Below are positions 12,001-24,000 of a DNA stretch of 64,000 bases, piece after piece. The translations under genes and the position numbers were made by a program. The notes under the pieces were generated by a model. The model had not been told where the DNA came from. It searched no databases and worked only from the letters and a program-made list of their open reading frames with translations. Source of the stretch: Takakia lepidozioides (Eukaryota; Plantae; Bryophyta). How positions within the stretch are numbered: position 1 is the stretch's first letter; each line of letters opens with the position of its first letter. The stretch spans positions 38,936,001 through 39,000,000 of the forward strand of contig CM060732.1 of NCBI GenBank assembly GCA_030704615.1, read 5' to 3'.

Positions 12001-15000
12001 CAACGCCAAGATAAGTGTAGGAAGGGAGTGCATGTACTCATAAGACGTTGTTTGCCGTAGCATTGTGACCATTGACCCCGCACTCAGTCTGAGCGGAACA
12101 CAAAGAATGTACTCATAAGACGTTGTTTGCCGTAGCCTTGTGGCCATTGACTGCGCGCCCAGTTTGAGCGGAACACAAAGGACAGAACCTACCTTTGTCA
12201 AGGGCTGACGCCAGTAGTAAGACTTACCTTGGAATAAACAATTGATCCGGGTTTTCCAGATATCCTCTAGGCTCAGCCTCGAGACCTCCAAAGTTGGTAA
12301 ACAGAGGTACAGGCACAATTCCCTTGATAGAGTTGAAGAGAGCGTCTCTCTGGTGAGAGAACCGCAGACAATGAATCAGAAAATGTCTTCAGGTTGCCCA
12401 CACAACGAGCAATCACACTCTCCCCTTCCTCTCTGCTTCTGTTTGCTGTTCAAAGGTAGACTTCCCACCCTGAGTTTAAATTTCAGTCTGAACACACTCC
12501 CAGTTTGAGCGGAACACAAAGGTGCAGAACCTACCTTTGTCAGGGGCTGACACCGGTAGTATGACTTACCTTGACTTACCTATGACTTACCCAGAGAGAG
12601 AAATGATACGAAATGATACTTAATAACGTCCGCAGAAAGCTCAAAGAGTGTATGGGACAAAATGGCAAAAAACAAGAGATTGTACTCATAAGACGTTGTT
12701 TGCCGTAGCCTTGTGGCCATTGACCCCGCGCCCAGTTTGAGCGGGAACAAAAGGGACAGAACCTACCTCGGGACAGAACCTACCTCTGTCAGGGGCTGAC
12801 GTTGGTAGTAAGACTTACCTCCATATATAGAATTAATCCGGGTTTTCCAGATATCCTCTAGACATCCCTTCACACAAGCATCAATCTGCTGTGTGTGATT
12901 TGCCCAGAAACTAGGCCTCAGGAGGGCCTGGGCTTTTGGCTCAGCCTCGAGACTTTCAAAGTTGGTAAACAGGGGTACAGGCACAATACCCTTAATAGAT
13001 TTGAAGAGAGCGTCTCTTTGGTGAGAGAACCCTGGACAGTGTATCAGAAAATGAATACTGTCTTCAGATTGCCCACACAACGGGCAATTGCACTCTCCCT
13101 TTCCTCTCTGCATCTGTTTGCAGTTCAAAGCTAGGCTTCCTGCCCTGAGTTTAAATTTCAGTCTAGTGCCGAGAGTGGGTAGACCCTTGAGGTCATCCAA
13201 GATGTCCTCCCCCATGTCACAGACTGGAAACAAGTTCAGGGAAGTTTTCTGCCTAACTTCATTTTCATCAGACAATCTCATGGCAACAGACATGGCTGAG
13301 GACACTACAGCCTCTAAGTCAGATTTATCCAGCAGGGTCAAGACTTGCGGATCCAGGTCCAGGTCCTTGAGGATCTCTTCTACTCTCTTCTGCCAGGACC
13401 TAAGCTCCCGACGTGATGAATTCAAGGTCAGATGGTGGGGTCAGCTGCAACATATGCCCAACACCAGATATCCTCACCATACCAGCCCTTATGTTTGCGG
13501 ATGACTTCACAGGCATAGGGGAGACTCCAACCAATCTCCAGGAGTTGATTGATTGCGCGAAGAGATACTTTGATCTTTGGGGGCTAGAGGCTAATGTCAG
13601 CAAATGTGCAGTGGTAGCATTCAACGACAGAGGAGAGGGAGGAAGTGATCTTAAGTGGCAGTGGGGTAGCCAAGAGATCCCGGTCCTCCCTTCCTACACT
13701 TACCTGGGCGTTGAGTTCTCCTCCAATTGTAATTGGGATGCACATATCCGGAAAGTTGTTCAAACTGGCAAGGGCAAAGCTCTGGGGCTCACTAAATTTT
13801 TCCACTGCAGAGGGGTCAACTCTGAGGTTAAGAAACCATGCTTTGTCGCGTTATTAGACCTGCCTTGGAGTACGGATCTGCTATATGGGTTGATAACTCC
13901 AACCAGGCTAAGTCTCTAGAATCCATTCAAGTGGGGTGCTTAAGGAGTGTATGTCAGCATGCTCCAAAACAGCCAATGTGGCTGTTCGGGGTGAGTTTGG
14001 CATTCCCCCACCCTTAACCCAAATCCCTCTCTTTCCACATCCTCGAGGAGTTGATTGATGAAAACATTGAAGAGCAGAGGGGAGAGAGTACATCCTTGAG
14101 CTACACCTTGGTCTATGTCAAAGAAGTTGGACTTCTGTCCGTTAACAGTGACACAGCTTTTGGTGTGAGCATACAAGTTGTGGACAACTCTCCACATCTT
14201 TCCCTTGATCCCACAAGACCAGAGGCGGAACCATAGGCCATCTCTCCACACTGTGTCATAAGCCTTTTTGACATCCAGGAAAAAGACATAAGTGGGTTTC
14301 CCTTCTTTTTTCCTTCCCTGGATAATCTGGCTTAGAGTGAAGATATGATCCACACAGCCCCTGTTTCGCCGAAAGCCAGCTTGGCCTTCGTGGAAACAAC
14401 CTCTAGACTCCAGATCAACCTCGAGACGAGTACTTATAACTCTGCAGAATGTCTTGCCAACAGCATTGAGGAGCGTGATGCCACGGTAGTTCCCCGGTTC
14501 TTCTCTGTCACCCTTCTTGTATAGATTGACAATGACCCCCTGTCGCCAGCGAAAGGGGATCATTTCAGTCTTCCAGATAAGGTTAAAGAGGAGAACTAGG
14601 GCCTCTATCATGGGATCGCCACCGTGCTTGATAAGCTCGTTGACAATACCATCAGGTCCACCAGCTTTATATCCATTTAAATGTTCAATTGCTTCCACAA
14701 TCTCAGAAGAACTAATGGGAGCATTATAAGCCATTGAAATATACTCCAGTTCATCAGGGCTGTTTTGAATCTTAGGAACAGTTTTTCCAACTGTGTCCCT
14801 CCATTCAGCAGAAGACCCCTCACTGTTAGACCTAGAAGTTCTGCCAAGGATACTGTAGTGAGTTTCAAAGGTTTTGACAATGTCAACCGATGAAGTCACC
14901 ACTGCACCTTTAGTAGTCTTCAGCGCTTGTACTTGCTGACCGTTTTTCGGCTTGTACAAACGTTGAAGGGCCAACCAGAATTTCTTGTCATTACCACCAT

Positions 15001-18000
15001 GGTGGTTTGAGTTTATTTCACTGTATAGCTTGTCTCTCTCCCTGTCCTCTACGAAGCCTATTGACATTGGGTGGACTTGAAACGGGAGTACATTAATGTC
15101 TCTGTGACTAAATGCCGGCCTTGTGACCTCGTGTTCTTGTTTGTTTCGACCTGAAGCGCTTTGCTTCAGGTAAGGTAGTGCATTGGATTTAGTTGGAAAG
15201 CTTGGGGCCTTTCCCTCTTTAGAATATGCCTACACGGGCCATTCCCTGCAACTCCCTGGAGTGTGATCTCTGAATGGTAACAAGCGGACTCCTACCGCTT
15301 GGGGGCAGCCCCTCCGCCCAAATTGGGCAGTCGTATGCTCTGTCTACCATACTCGGCACTTGGGCTCGGGTTGGTTCCTGTGCTTAAACTTATGGCCTGC
15401 GAAAACAATCAAAAATTTAGCTCCTATCAACATCAACACTCCTCAGGGTGATCCCTGGGAATTGGTTACTTATGCCAAATCTAGGGCTTCATGTGTAGTT
15501 TTTGGGGTGAATCCCAGGATGGACGATGTGTCCTTTAAAACTACATGCTCTAGCTTAGGCTTGGATTTCATGGCTAATGGTACCATCTCGAGACTTGATA
15601 ACAGGGGTACGTTGAAGGTTGCAATGACCAAAAGTGCTTCTAATAGAGTCCCGCATCAATTCAATCTCAAAGTAGTTCGTCCCTTGACTGGCTGGAGAGC
15701 GGTCTTAGACATTGGTGATTCAATGGGGCGCTCTAGGAAGACAACCAAGGGCAACAACTTCAACTTGAGAGTTTCTAATCGGTTTGATGCTCTGGATGAG
15801 GTTGAATCCAAACAGCCAGAAGGACAAGTTGCCCCTAAGTGTACGGAACCTGAACGTCCTGAATCTGAAGGATTTGGTACTCTGAATGGTTTACCAATCC
15901 TCAAGGTTTACACAAGACGAACAAATTCTATACACGGGGTAATTGTCCCCAAGCCGTCAGATGGACAATCTGTCCCTAAGTGTGCAGAGCCTGAACGTCG
16001 TGTAACTGAAGGATTTGGTACTCTAAATGGTTTACCAATCCTCAAAGTCTACACAAGACGAGCAAAATCTATACACGGGGTAATTGTCCCCAAGCAGTCT
16101 GACGGACAATCTGCCCCTATGTGTGCGGAGCCTGTGCGTCGTGTAACTGAAAGATTTGGTACCCTGAATGGTTTACCAATTCTCAAAGTTTACACAAGAC
16201 GAGCAAAATCTACACATGGGGTAACTGTCCCCCCTTTGCAGAACGGTTGGCCGTCCAGGAGCAATCACAAGCTACCTAGACGACAAACAATTCACACGCA
16301 AAGGGCTGGCTTGCGGCTGGCCACTTTCAACTTCTCAGGGTTGACCAACCAAAGGAAACAACTTGAAGTGGGACAAGTTCTTCGGACTAATGATATTCAT
16401 ATCTGTGCTGGACAAGAAACATGGGAAACGTCGGATAAACTGGTTGGAGATGTCATTGGTTATAAATGGGCAGGTAAGATGTGTACTCTCAAGGCAGCCT
16501 CTGCCAAACGCGGTCAAAAAGGGGTCGGATTCTTTGTCCGTGATTTCTTGTTTGACAATTGTGAAATTATCAACAAGGGCTTGAGGTACGAGCATAGTAT
16601 CTGGCTAAAACTGAAGGGCGGCATGAGTACAAAGGACCTCTTTGTTGGTTGTGTTTACATGCGCACAGAGGGGACCCTTAGTGCTGACGCAGACAAGGCC
16701 TTCGAAGATGTAAAGCTGGACTGTGCTTCGTTCCTTGCCAAAGGTCAGGTGGTACTATTGGGGGACTTCAATGCCCGGGTGGGCAAAGGGATCCATCAGG
16801 ACGATATCATTGGACCTTTTGGTGAGGACGAGCTGAATTCTAATGGCAGACGGTTAATTAACTGTCTAAAAGAGCTTCAGCTTTTGACCTTGAATAACAG
16901 GACAAGAGGTGACCAAGTGCAGTGGACTCGTGAGAAACCCCAAACTGGGGAACGTTCCATTGTGGACTATATCATAATGGACAAAATTTTGTTCCCCCAG
17001 TGTGCCAATGTGTTGATCGACAGAACTGATATTGGTACCTCTGACCACTTCCTGGTTTGGACTGAGATCAAAAGGTGTTTTCCCACCACCAAGAGATCTG
17101 TGAAACGTTCGATTCGGAAGTGGCGCATAGAAAAATTCCACAATGAGGAGGTCAAGGCTGAGTACGTCCAGGCCTTGCAAGAGGCTCTCCCTCATTTTGT
17201 CCAATCGCTCCAAGAACTTCAGTCACGCTCTGTTAACGCAAGAAATGAAGTCGAAAGAGCAGTGGACTCTTGGGAGAGTTTCGTTTGCTCCGTGGCTGAC
17301 AAGATCATTGGGAGGAAACTAATTGTCTGCGGTAGAGCAGTTAATTGGTGGACTAATGAGATTAAACTCAAGATAGCTGAGAGACGAGCCCTCTATAAAG
17401 AGTGCTGCAATTTGGAAACCAACAGAGAATTGTGGGCGAGGTACTACCAGCTCCGTAAAGATATCAATCAAAAAACAAGAGAGAAGAAACAAAACCAGAG
17501 CCAAAAAAGAGCCCAGAAGCAACTACTGCTCATTGGATTGACTAAGGGTCAAGGCCTCGTGCAGGTAAGCTGCCAAGCATTTCTGATCCTCATAATGGAA
17601 GACTTCAGTGAGAGATTGTTCCACAGAATAGACAGTGGAATCTCCCACAGATCTCATAATACAGAGGGCAATAAAAGAAGAAGTATTCCACAGTTTCAAT
17701 TTCCTGGAGAGAAATGAAATGAAATGAAATGGTGCTTTATAACGTCCGCGGAAAGCTCGTAGAGCTTATGGGACAAAATGGAAGAAAACATGAGAGAGGA
17801 ACAAATCCAGAAACCACAATTAATGTTCTAGCGATTGTCTAAGGGTGAAGGCCTCGTGTAGGTAGGCTGCCAAGCATTTTTGATCCTCATAGTGAAAGAC
17901 ATCAGTGAGAGTTTTGGTTCCACTGAATAAACAGTGGAATCGCCCACGGATCTCGTAGTATAGAGGGCAGTAGAAGAAGAAGTGTTCAATTTCCTTGCTG

Positions 18001-21000
18001 CGCCCTATGCAAGCTGGACATAGGCGGTCCTCCCGTTGCAGGTTTTCCCATCTGCCAGTCTCTATCCGTAGGTTGTGGGAACCCACCCTGAACCGCCCCA
18101 ATGCCCTCAAGAGGGAAGGAGATAAGGGTGCTGAAAGGTAATTTGGTCTCAAGGTTCTATCATCGCGGAGCACCAAGAATGTCTCTCGATAGAAGTGGAG
18201 CTTTGTCGTGAGATTGGGTAGCATCCAAGTTCTCTTGACATGTAATTCCATAAGCTCTCTTCGAATGAGTCTGTTGCGGTCATGTCTGGATGTGATGTCC
18301 ACCTCATCTGGGTTCATTGGTAATAGGAAAGCAGTAGAAAGTCCGTTACGTTGAAATAAACTGTCCACTCGAGCATACCAGGAGTTCCTGAAACCTGCAG
18401 CTTTGAGCCTCATAGATGTTGTGAGGGCCCTAGCCACTAGCCCTTTGGGTGGAAGGGCCTGCAATCTATGGAGAAAGATTGTAAGCCTGAAGAGGGCCTC
18501 GGATTGCAATGGTACACATGCGAACTCTGCACCTAGGATCTGAGATGGAGTTGTGCTCCTGGCGCCAAGCATTGCTTGGAGAAAAGATGACTGTAATGGT
18601 TCCAAATTCTTTTCCCACCAGGAGACAGGGACACCAGGTGCCCAGAACTCACAACCATAGATGGTAGCAGGGCTGACAACGGTGTCAAACAGCCACTTTT
18701 TGGTCGGGGGATGCCGCAGATGTATTTGCTTGCATTTGGCCTGAAGGCGGACGGAGGCCACCTTACCTTTAGTCAACCTGTCCAAGGCAGTGGCTGCAAA
18801 GTGAAACTTGGGGAGTGGATAACCAGACCTAGGTACCGGTATGATTTCACAATCTCAATTTCCTGCTGGTTGAAGATGAATCTACGATCAGCCTGGCCAT
18901 TGAAGACCATGATCTTGGTCTTGCTAAGATTGACCTGCATCCCATAGTCTTTGCAGAACTGTTCCAAAATTTTGAGATGGCGTTGCAGAAAGACCGGGGA
19001 TTGTGCCAAAAGGGCAACATCATCAGCATAGAGGAGATCTGATTGGGTTGGTCCCCCATCCAATGGGACCCCAACCCCATGGTTTTTTGATATGTAATTC
19101 TCCAAGGCGTCAATGTAGATCCCGAACAGGGTAGGTGAAAGGGGGCAGCCCTGTTTGACTCCAATGTTGCTGTGGATCTCGGCTGAGAATTCACCAGCGA
19201 CGTTGACCATGCCAGTGACAATCTCATACATAGAAGAGATTGCACAAAGGATGTCTGGAGGGACTTCCACTCTATGGAGCCGTTGGAAGAGAAGGTCCCG
19301 AGGAACTGAATCAAAGGCTTTGTGAAAGTCCACGAAGCAAACATAGACCATTCTTTTGTCATAGCGTGCACTTTCCACCATAACTTGAAGAGTGAAGATG
19401 TGGTCAATAGTGGATCGGTTTCGACGGAAACCAGCCTGTCCCTCAGCACGAATGCGAGGGTACTCAGTCCAATCATCCAGTTCCATGGCCACTACTGCCC
19501 CAAACAGTTTAGCAAGTAATGAGGACACCATGATAGTACGATAGTTTGTCGGTGCGAGCCTGTCACCGCTCTTAAAAAGTGGGTGGATGATGCTCTTTGT
19601 CCACTCTGTTGGGAAGCCCCGTTGCACCACCTCATTGAAGAGGTTAGCTATAAAAGGGGCTAAAGTAGGTGCAGCATGCTTGATGAATTCACTCTGAAGT
19701 CCTGAAATGTCCACCGCTCTGCCATTTTGCAGCTTCTTGATTGCCTTACTGACATTGGCTGTAGTAAAGAGAGAGAAGTGAAGGGGTTTAGAGGTTATAG
19801 GAGAAGGAGTTTGGGTTGGGGAATGGTACAAAGACTGTGCATACTCATGCCAGACATGAATGTCAGTGATTGGGGGGGGATCTCTATGAGGTTTAAGGAG
19901 GGACCAAAAAGATCGAGGAGAAAATCTGATTTTAGCAAGGAAAGAAGATTGCAACTTGATAGTGTAGGCTTGCTTTTTGGATCTAATGAGGGACTTATAG
20001 TGCTTAAGAGCAAGATTAGTGGACTCTGGAGAAGAATTGGTATCAAGAAGTAAAAATTTGATGCGACGTCTAGCAGTCTTGCATTCCTCATCATAAAATG
20101 GTGCATAACGACGAGTGGAGAAGGGTGAGGAGGTAGATGGAAGGCGCATGGCGTTGTATTGCAAAGGGGTCAAGTCATCGTTGAGGTACATACCCTGACC
20201 TCTCAATTGAGGCCTCTGCCTGAGGACTCTATCCCGAGCACCCTTGTCCTTGAATCTTATGAAGAGGACTTTGTGCTCTGAAGATCCTGCACGCCAAGCC
20301 CTTTCAATGCCACTCGCGCCCCGTGGGAGAGCAAGGTTTTGCTGAATAAGGCTGGTGGCAACGTCAAGAGGGTCCCCCTCAGCAAGGCCCCCTAGCTTCC
20401 CAGTGACCCTGATGTTAAGGGCTTTGAAAGCCCGTTGCTGTTCCTCTCGCAAGGTAGCCGAGACTGTCTCCTCCAGAGAGTGAGGACTGTTGTTGGATGT
20501 GCTCCCCTTAACTATATTAGCCCAGGAGGAGGCCTCCGCCTTGTGAGCTTGGAGCTCCCGAGCCATTGTAGACGTCGCAGTTCTGTGTGTTTCCAGCTCT
20601 TTGCTAAGGGATTCCACCTGCAGGTGGATGCTTGCTGTGAGGGGATCTGGGAGGCTCTTCTCTGTGAAGGTCTTCACTTCGCCTTCAAGTTTTGAAAGGC
20701 ACGTATGTGTGGATTTGTCATTGAGATGTTTCGCCAGACCTTGAAGTTTGCTAGTGCACTCCTGAAGAGAGGCCCGCAAAACGCTATCCTGAACTCGCAT
20801 ATTGTTCTCCAAGTCTGTGTATCTGTCTGTCATGCGCTTCTGCCAATCTTTGTCCAAGGAATCCATGCGCTTTTCCCAATTTTTGTTAAGGGTTTAGGGT
20901 TAAGAGAGAGATATTGTACTCATAAGACGTTGTTTGCCGTAGCCTTGTGGCCATTGACTCATTGGAGAGAGAGAGAGAGAGAGAGAGAGACAATGTAAGC

Positions 21001-24000
21001 TGTTCCCTGCGAACATTGGCTTGCCATAGCCTTACGGCCATTGCAAACCCCACAAAAGGCTCCAGGAGGGTTAGTTCCCACCAGGGTTTAGCTTATCCCC
21101 ATATCAGCTGCAGGTATAGTTTTATTTTCCCGCAACTGCATTTTGTCCGCATGCAGCTCAACAGTCCGGTTACGGGGTTTTTTATTCTAGGCCTGCGTTT
21201 ACCGCAGAAATGACATGCCCCGGTCGTGTGCAGGTCACAGGAGGCTTCTGCCCATCACTCTGGATGATATGCAGGGCAGGAGGGAGAATGTACTCATAAG
21301 ACGTTCTTTGCCGTAGGCTTGTGGCCATTGACCCCGTGCCCAGTTTGAGCGGAACACAAAGGGACAGAATTATTGGCCCAGTTTGTCAAGGGCTGACACC
21401 GGTAGTAAGACTTACCTTGGAATAAACAATTGATCCGGGTTTTCCAGATATCCTCTAGAAATCCCCTTACATAACCATCAACCTGCTGTGTGTCGTTTGC
21501 CCAATAACTAGGCCCCAAAAGGGCCTGGGATTTTGGCTCAGCCTCGAGACTTTCAGAGTTGCTAAACAGAGGTACGGGCACAATTCCCTGATTTGAACAG
21601 AGTGTCTCTCTGGTGAGAGAACCCTGGACAATGAATCAGAAAATGAATGTTGTCTTCCGGTTGCCCACACAACGGGCGATCGCACTCTCCCTTTCCTCTC
21701 TGCTTCTGTTTGCTGTTCAAAGGTAGGCTTCCGCCCTGAGTTTAAATTTCACTCTAGTGTCAAGAGTGGGTAGACCCTTGAGGTCATCCATGATGTCCTC
21801 CCCCATGTCACAGACTGGAAACAAGTTCAGGGAAGTTTTCTGCCTAACTTCATTTTCGTCAGACAATTTCCTGGCAACAGACATGGCTTCGGACACTACA
21901 GCCTCTAAGTCAGATTTATCCAGCAGGGTCAAGACTTGCGGGCTAAGATTCAGATCCTTGAGAATCTCTTCTACTCTCTTCCACCAGGACTTAACCTGTT
22001 TGACAGGGCCATCCTGTTTCCAAGATACACAGTCGAGGGCAGGAGGGAGAGAGAGACAATAAGGAAAGAAGGAGGGACTAACCATCATATCCTTTGAGAA
22101 TGTCCCGACAGGTCAGCAACTCATCATAGATTTGCTGCTCATCCTTCTGGGGCATGAGTTTGATCATTAACAGAATAACCTCGTATTCACTCCAATCTGT
22201 CCAAAGTCAGCATCATAGTTTTCTTAGGAAGCATCTAATATGTACAAGGGTAGTACTTGGCACATCATCCAAACAACCCAAGAATATTGGGCAATGTAAA
22301 CTCATAACCTGCAACAGAACCTTTTAACTACCACGTCTATTTCCTGGCAACTTTAGTATGATCCAGATGGTGTCATGAACGTGCCAAAATCTGTAGCATG
22401 ACAAACTGAAAAATACAAATGGAAGCCTTTGGGTGCTGTAAATTGGGACTGGACAAACAGGTGCATGCTTGATATTCGAAATTGTATGTCAAGATTTCAG
22501 CAATGAGTTTCATGTTGTCTCAAGGGCCTCAACTAATGTTCAGCACAGGGGATGGTAGAGCAAGGAGAGGGAAAGTAATAGGTTATGTGCAAGCAGAGAA
22601 AGACTGGAGGAGTAAAGAAGAAAAAAGACGAAATGAAATGAAATGGTACTTTATATCGTTCAAGGAAAGCTCAAAGAGCTTAGAAAGCAAGAAACAAGAG
22701 AGAGTGGCCACAAGCAGTCCAAAAGCAACTACTTCTCCAGAAATTGTCTAAGAGTCAACCCCCACAAGAAAGGAACTCTGTAACAGGAGTGCCAAATACA
22801 GAAAGAAATTGGATAAAGAAAAAGTCAGTAGTTGTACCAATATAACCAAGCGGATTCTCAATGGAAGTGTCCTCATCCACTGGTGGCGGAGGTGGTGGTG
22901 GAGGTGGTGGCTCAATTGGGTTCCCGTCTTCGTCAACTACCCAAGTAACAGAGTATCATAAACACTATGACGAACAGTGGTACAGATACAAAACTTGGTC
23001 TTCTTCATGTTGAGAACAATGCAAAGCTCTCAGAAGACATGGATGCCAAATTGAAGCATGATCCAAGAGAATTACTAGCAACTCAAAACCCTATAACTAC
23101 AGTCCAGCACAGAGTCATTCAAACACACGGACAAAAGTACCAGTTGCTTTCAGCTTGAGTTGAGGGCATCTGCTTCAAGTCTGGGTAGTACCTCAGAAAC
23201 TTGAAGGGCTGATACATTTTATGTACTATCTATGGGAGACCAACTGGTCCTCCAGCCTCCCAACAAGAAGTACCCAACGTACTGGCTGGAGCTACAAATG
23301 CCTTATTTAGGAAACCCAGACAAATGGCGAACTTAACAGTTGAAATGAATCAAAGAAATTAACCTGGAGGTAGAGGATGGAGATGAGAGTAAGAAGCTTA
23401 CAAAGTTGTTCGGGTTGGGGTTCAGCGGGTCCAGGTGGGGACTCTCCCACATCAAGGGGTGGGGCAGGTTTCGGGGAGTCCTCGGGGGAGTCCTCAGCCT
23501 GCTCTTGTTATTTTCATGATGCAAAGAGCTCTAACTTCAAGATGGTCTATTTCAGTCAATGTAGATTTTCCATGTTAAACTCTCAGGGTCACATGCAGGG
23601 TGGAAGAAACATACTAGTTATATGCAGCACCAGCTTAGTCAAGAACTAGATCACAGCATGACAGCAAGTTTGAGACACATTGTAATAGACTTCCCTTCAT
23701 ATTTCTCCCCTCAGCCCCACTATTCTCCTCGCAGGTTGTACAAGGCTTAAAAACAACGAAGAAGAAGGATAAAGAGGATATGAGAACAACCTGACCATGA
23801 AGCATGATATCCACCTCTTCAACCACATCATAAATAAGTCCAATCAGTTTGGAAATCAACGAATCCACCTCCCAAATCAGGTCAACCAGTTCCTCATTCT
23901 CATCTGGAATCCAGGCACAATCAGACCACCTAATTGGAGGAGAAGACTAGTTTCACGGAATGTGGAAAGATGCAAGTCAACATCTGTACACTTGGGTGGC

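Larger units (their letters stand above)
12680..17468. mobile_element. Full-length LINE family A insertion with three internal inversions
   Basis: Perfect TSD caaaaaacaagaga at 12666-12679 and 17469-17482. Segments: 12680-13399 (-), 13400-13474 (+), 13473-14007 (+), 14003-15034 (-), 15035-17468 (+). Confidence 0.92.
12601..17703 (-). mobile_element. 3' fragment of LINE family B split in two (12601-12679 and 17483-17703) by the LINE A insertion
   Basis: The left piece matches the B 3' UTR at 17712-17795. The right piece encodes YFFFYCPLYYEICGRFHCLF...FHYEDQKCLAAYLHEALTL, matching the end of ORF 17820-18785. Confidence 0.85.

Noticed and set aside
15140-15175. Hammerhead or HDV ribozyme in the LINE A leader
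   Set aside because: A GAAAC and a stem are present on the minus strand but there is no CUGANGA core, and no consistent HDV P1/P3 pairing was found.
15360-17717. 785-aa ORF as a complete gene
   Set aside because: It is the inverted 5' half of LINE A. The tail after 17468 is antisense read-through of a LINE B fragment.
3439-21345. Recurring 45-nt motif gtactcataagacgttgtttgccgtagcc as a CRISPR-like repeat
   Set aside because: Spacing is irregular (70 bp to 8 kb), each copy is a LINE 3' end often with a TSD, and there are no cas genes.
23380-23510. G-rich stretch related to the gypsy C LTR
   Set aside because: The similarity is only compositional.
23791-23990. Extra exon of the minus-strand gene (SSPPIRWSD...)
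   Set aside because: Its splice phases do not fit the flanking phase-1 exons, which join well without it.
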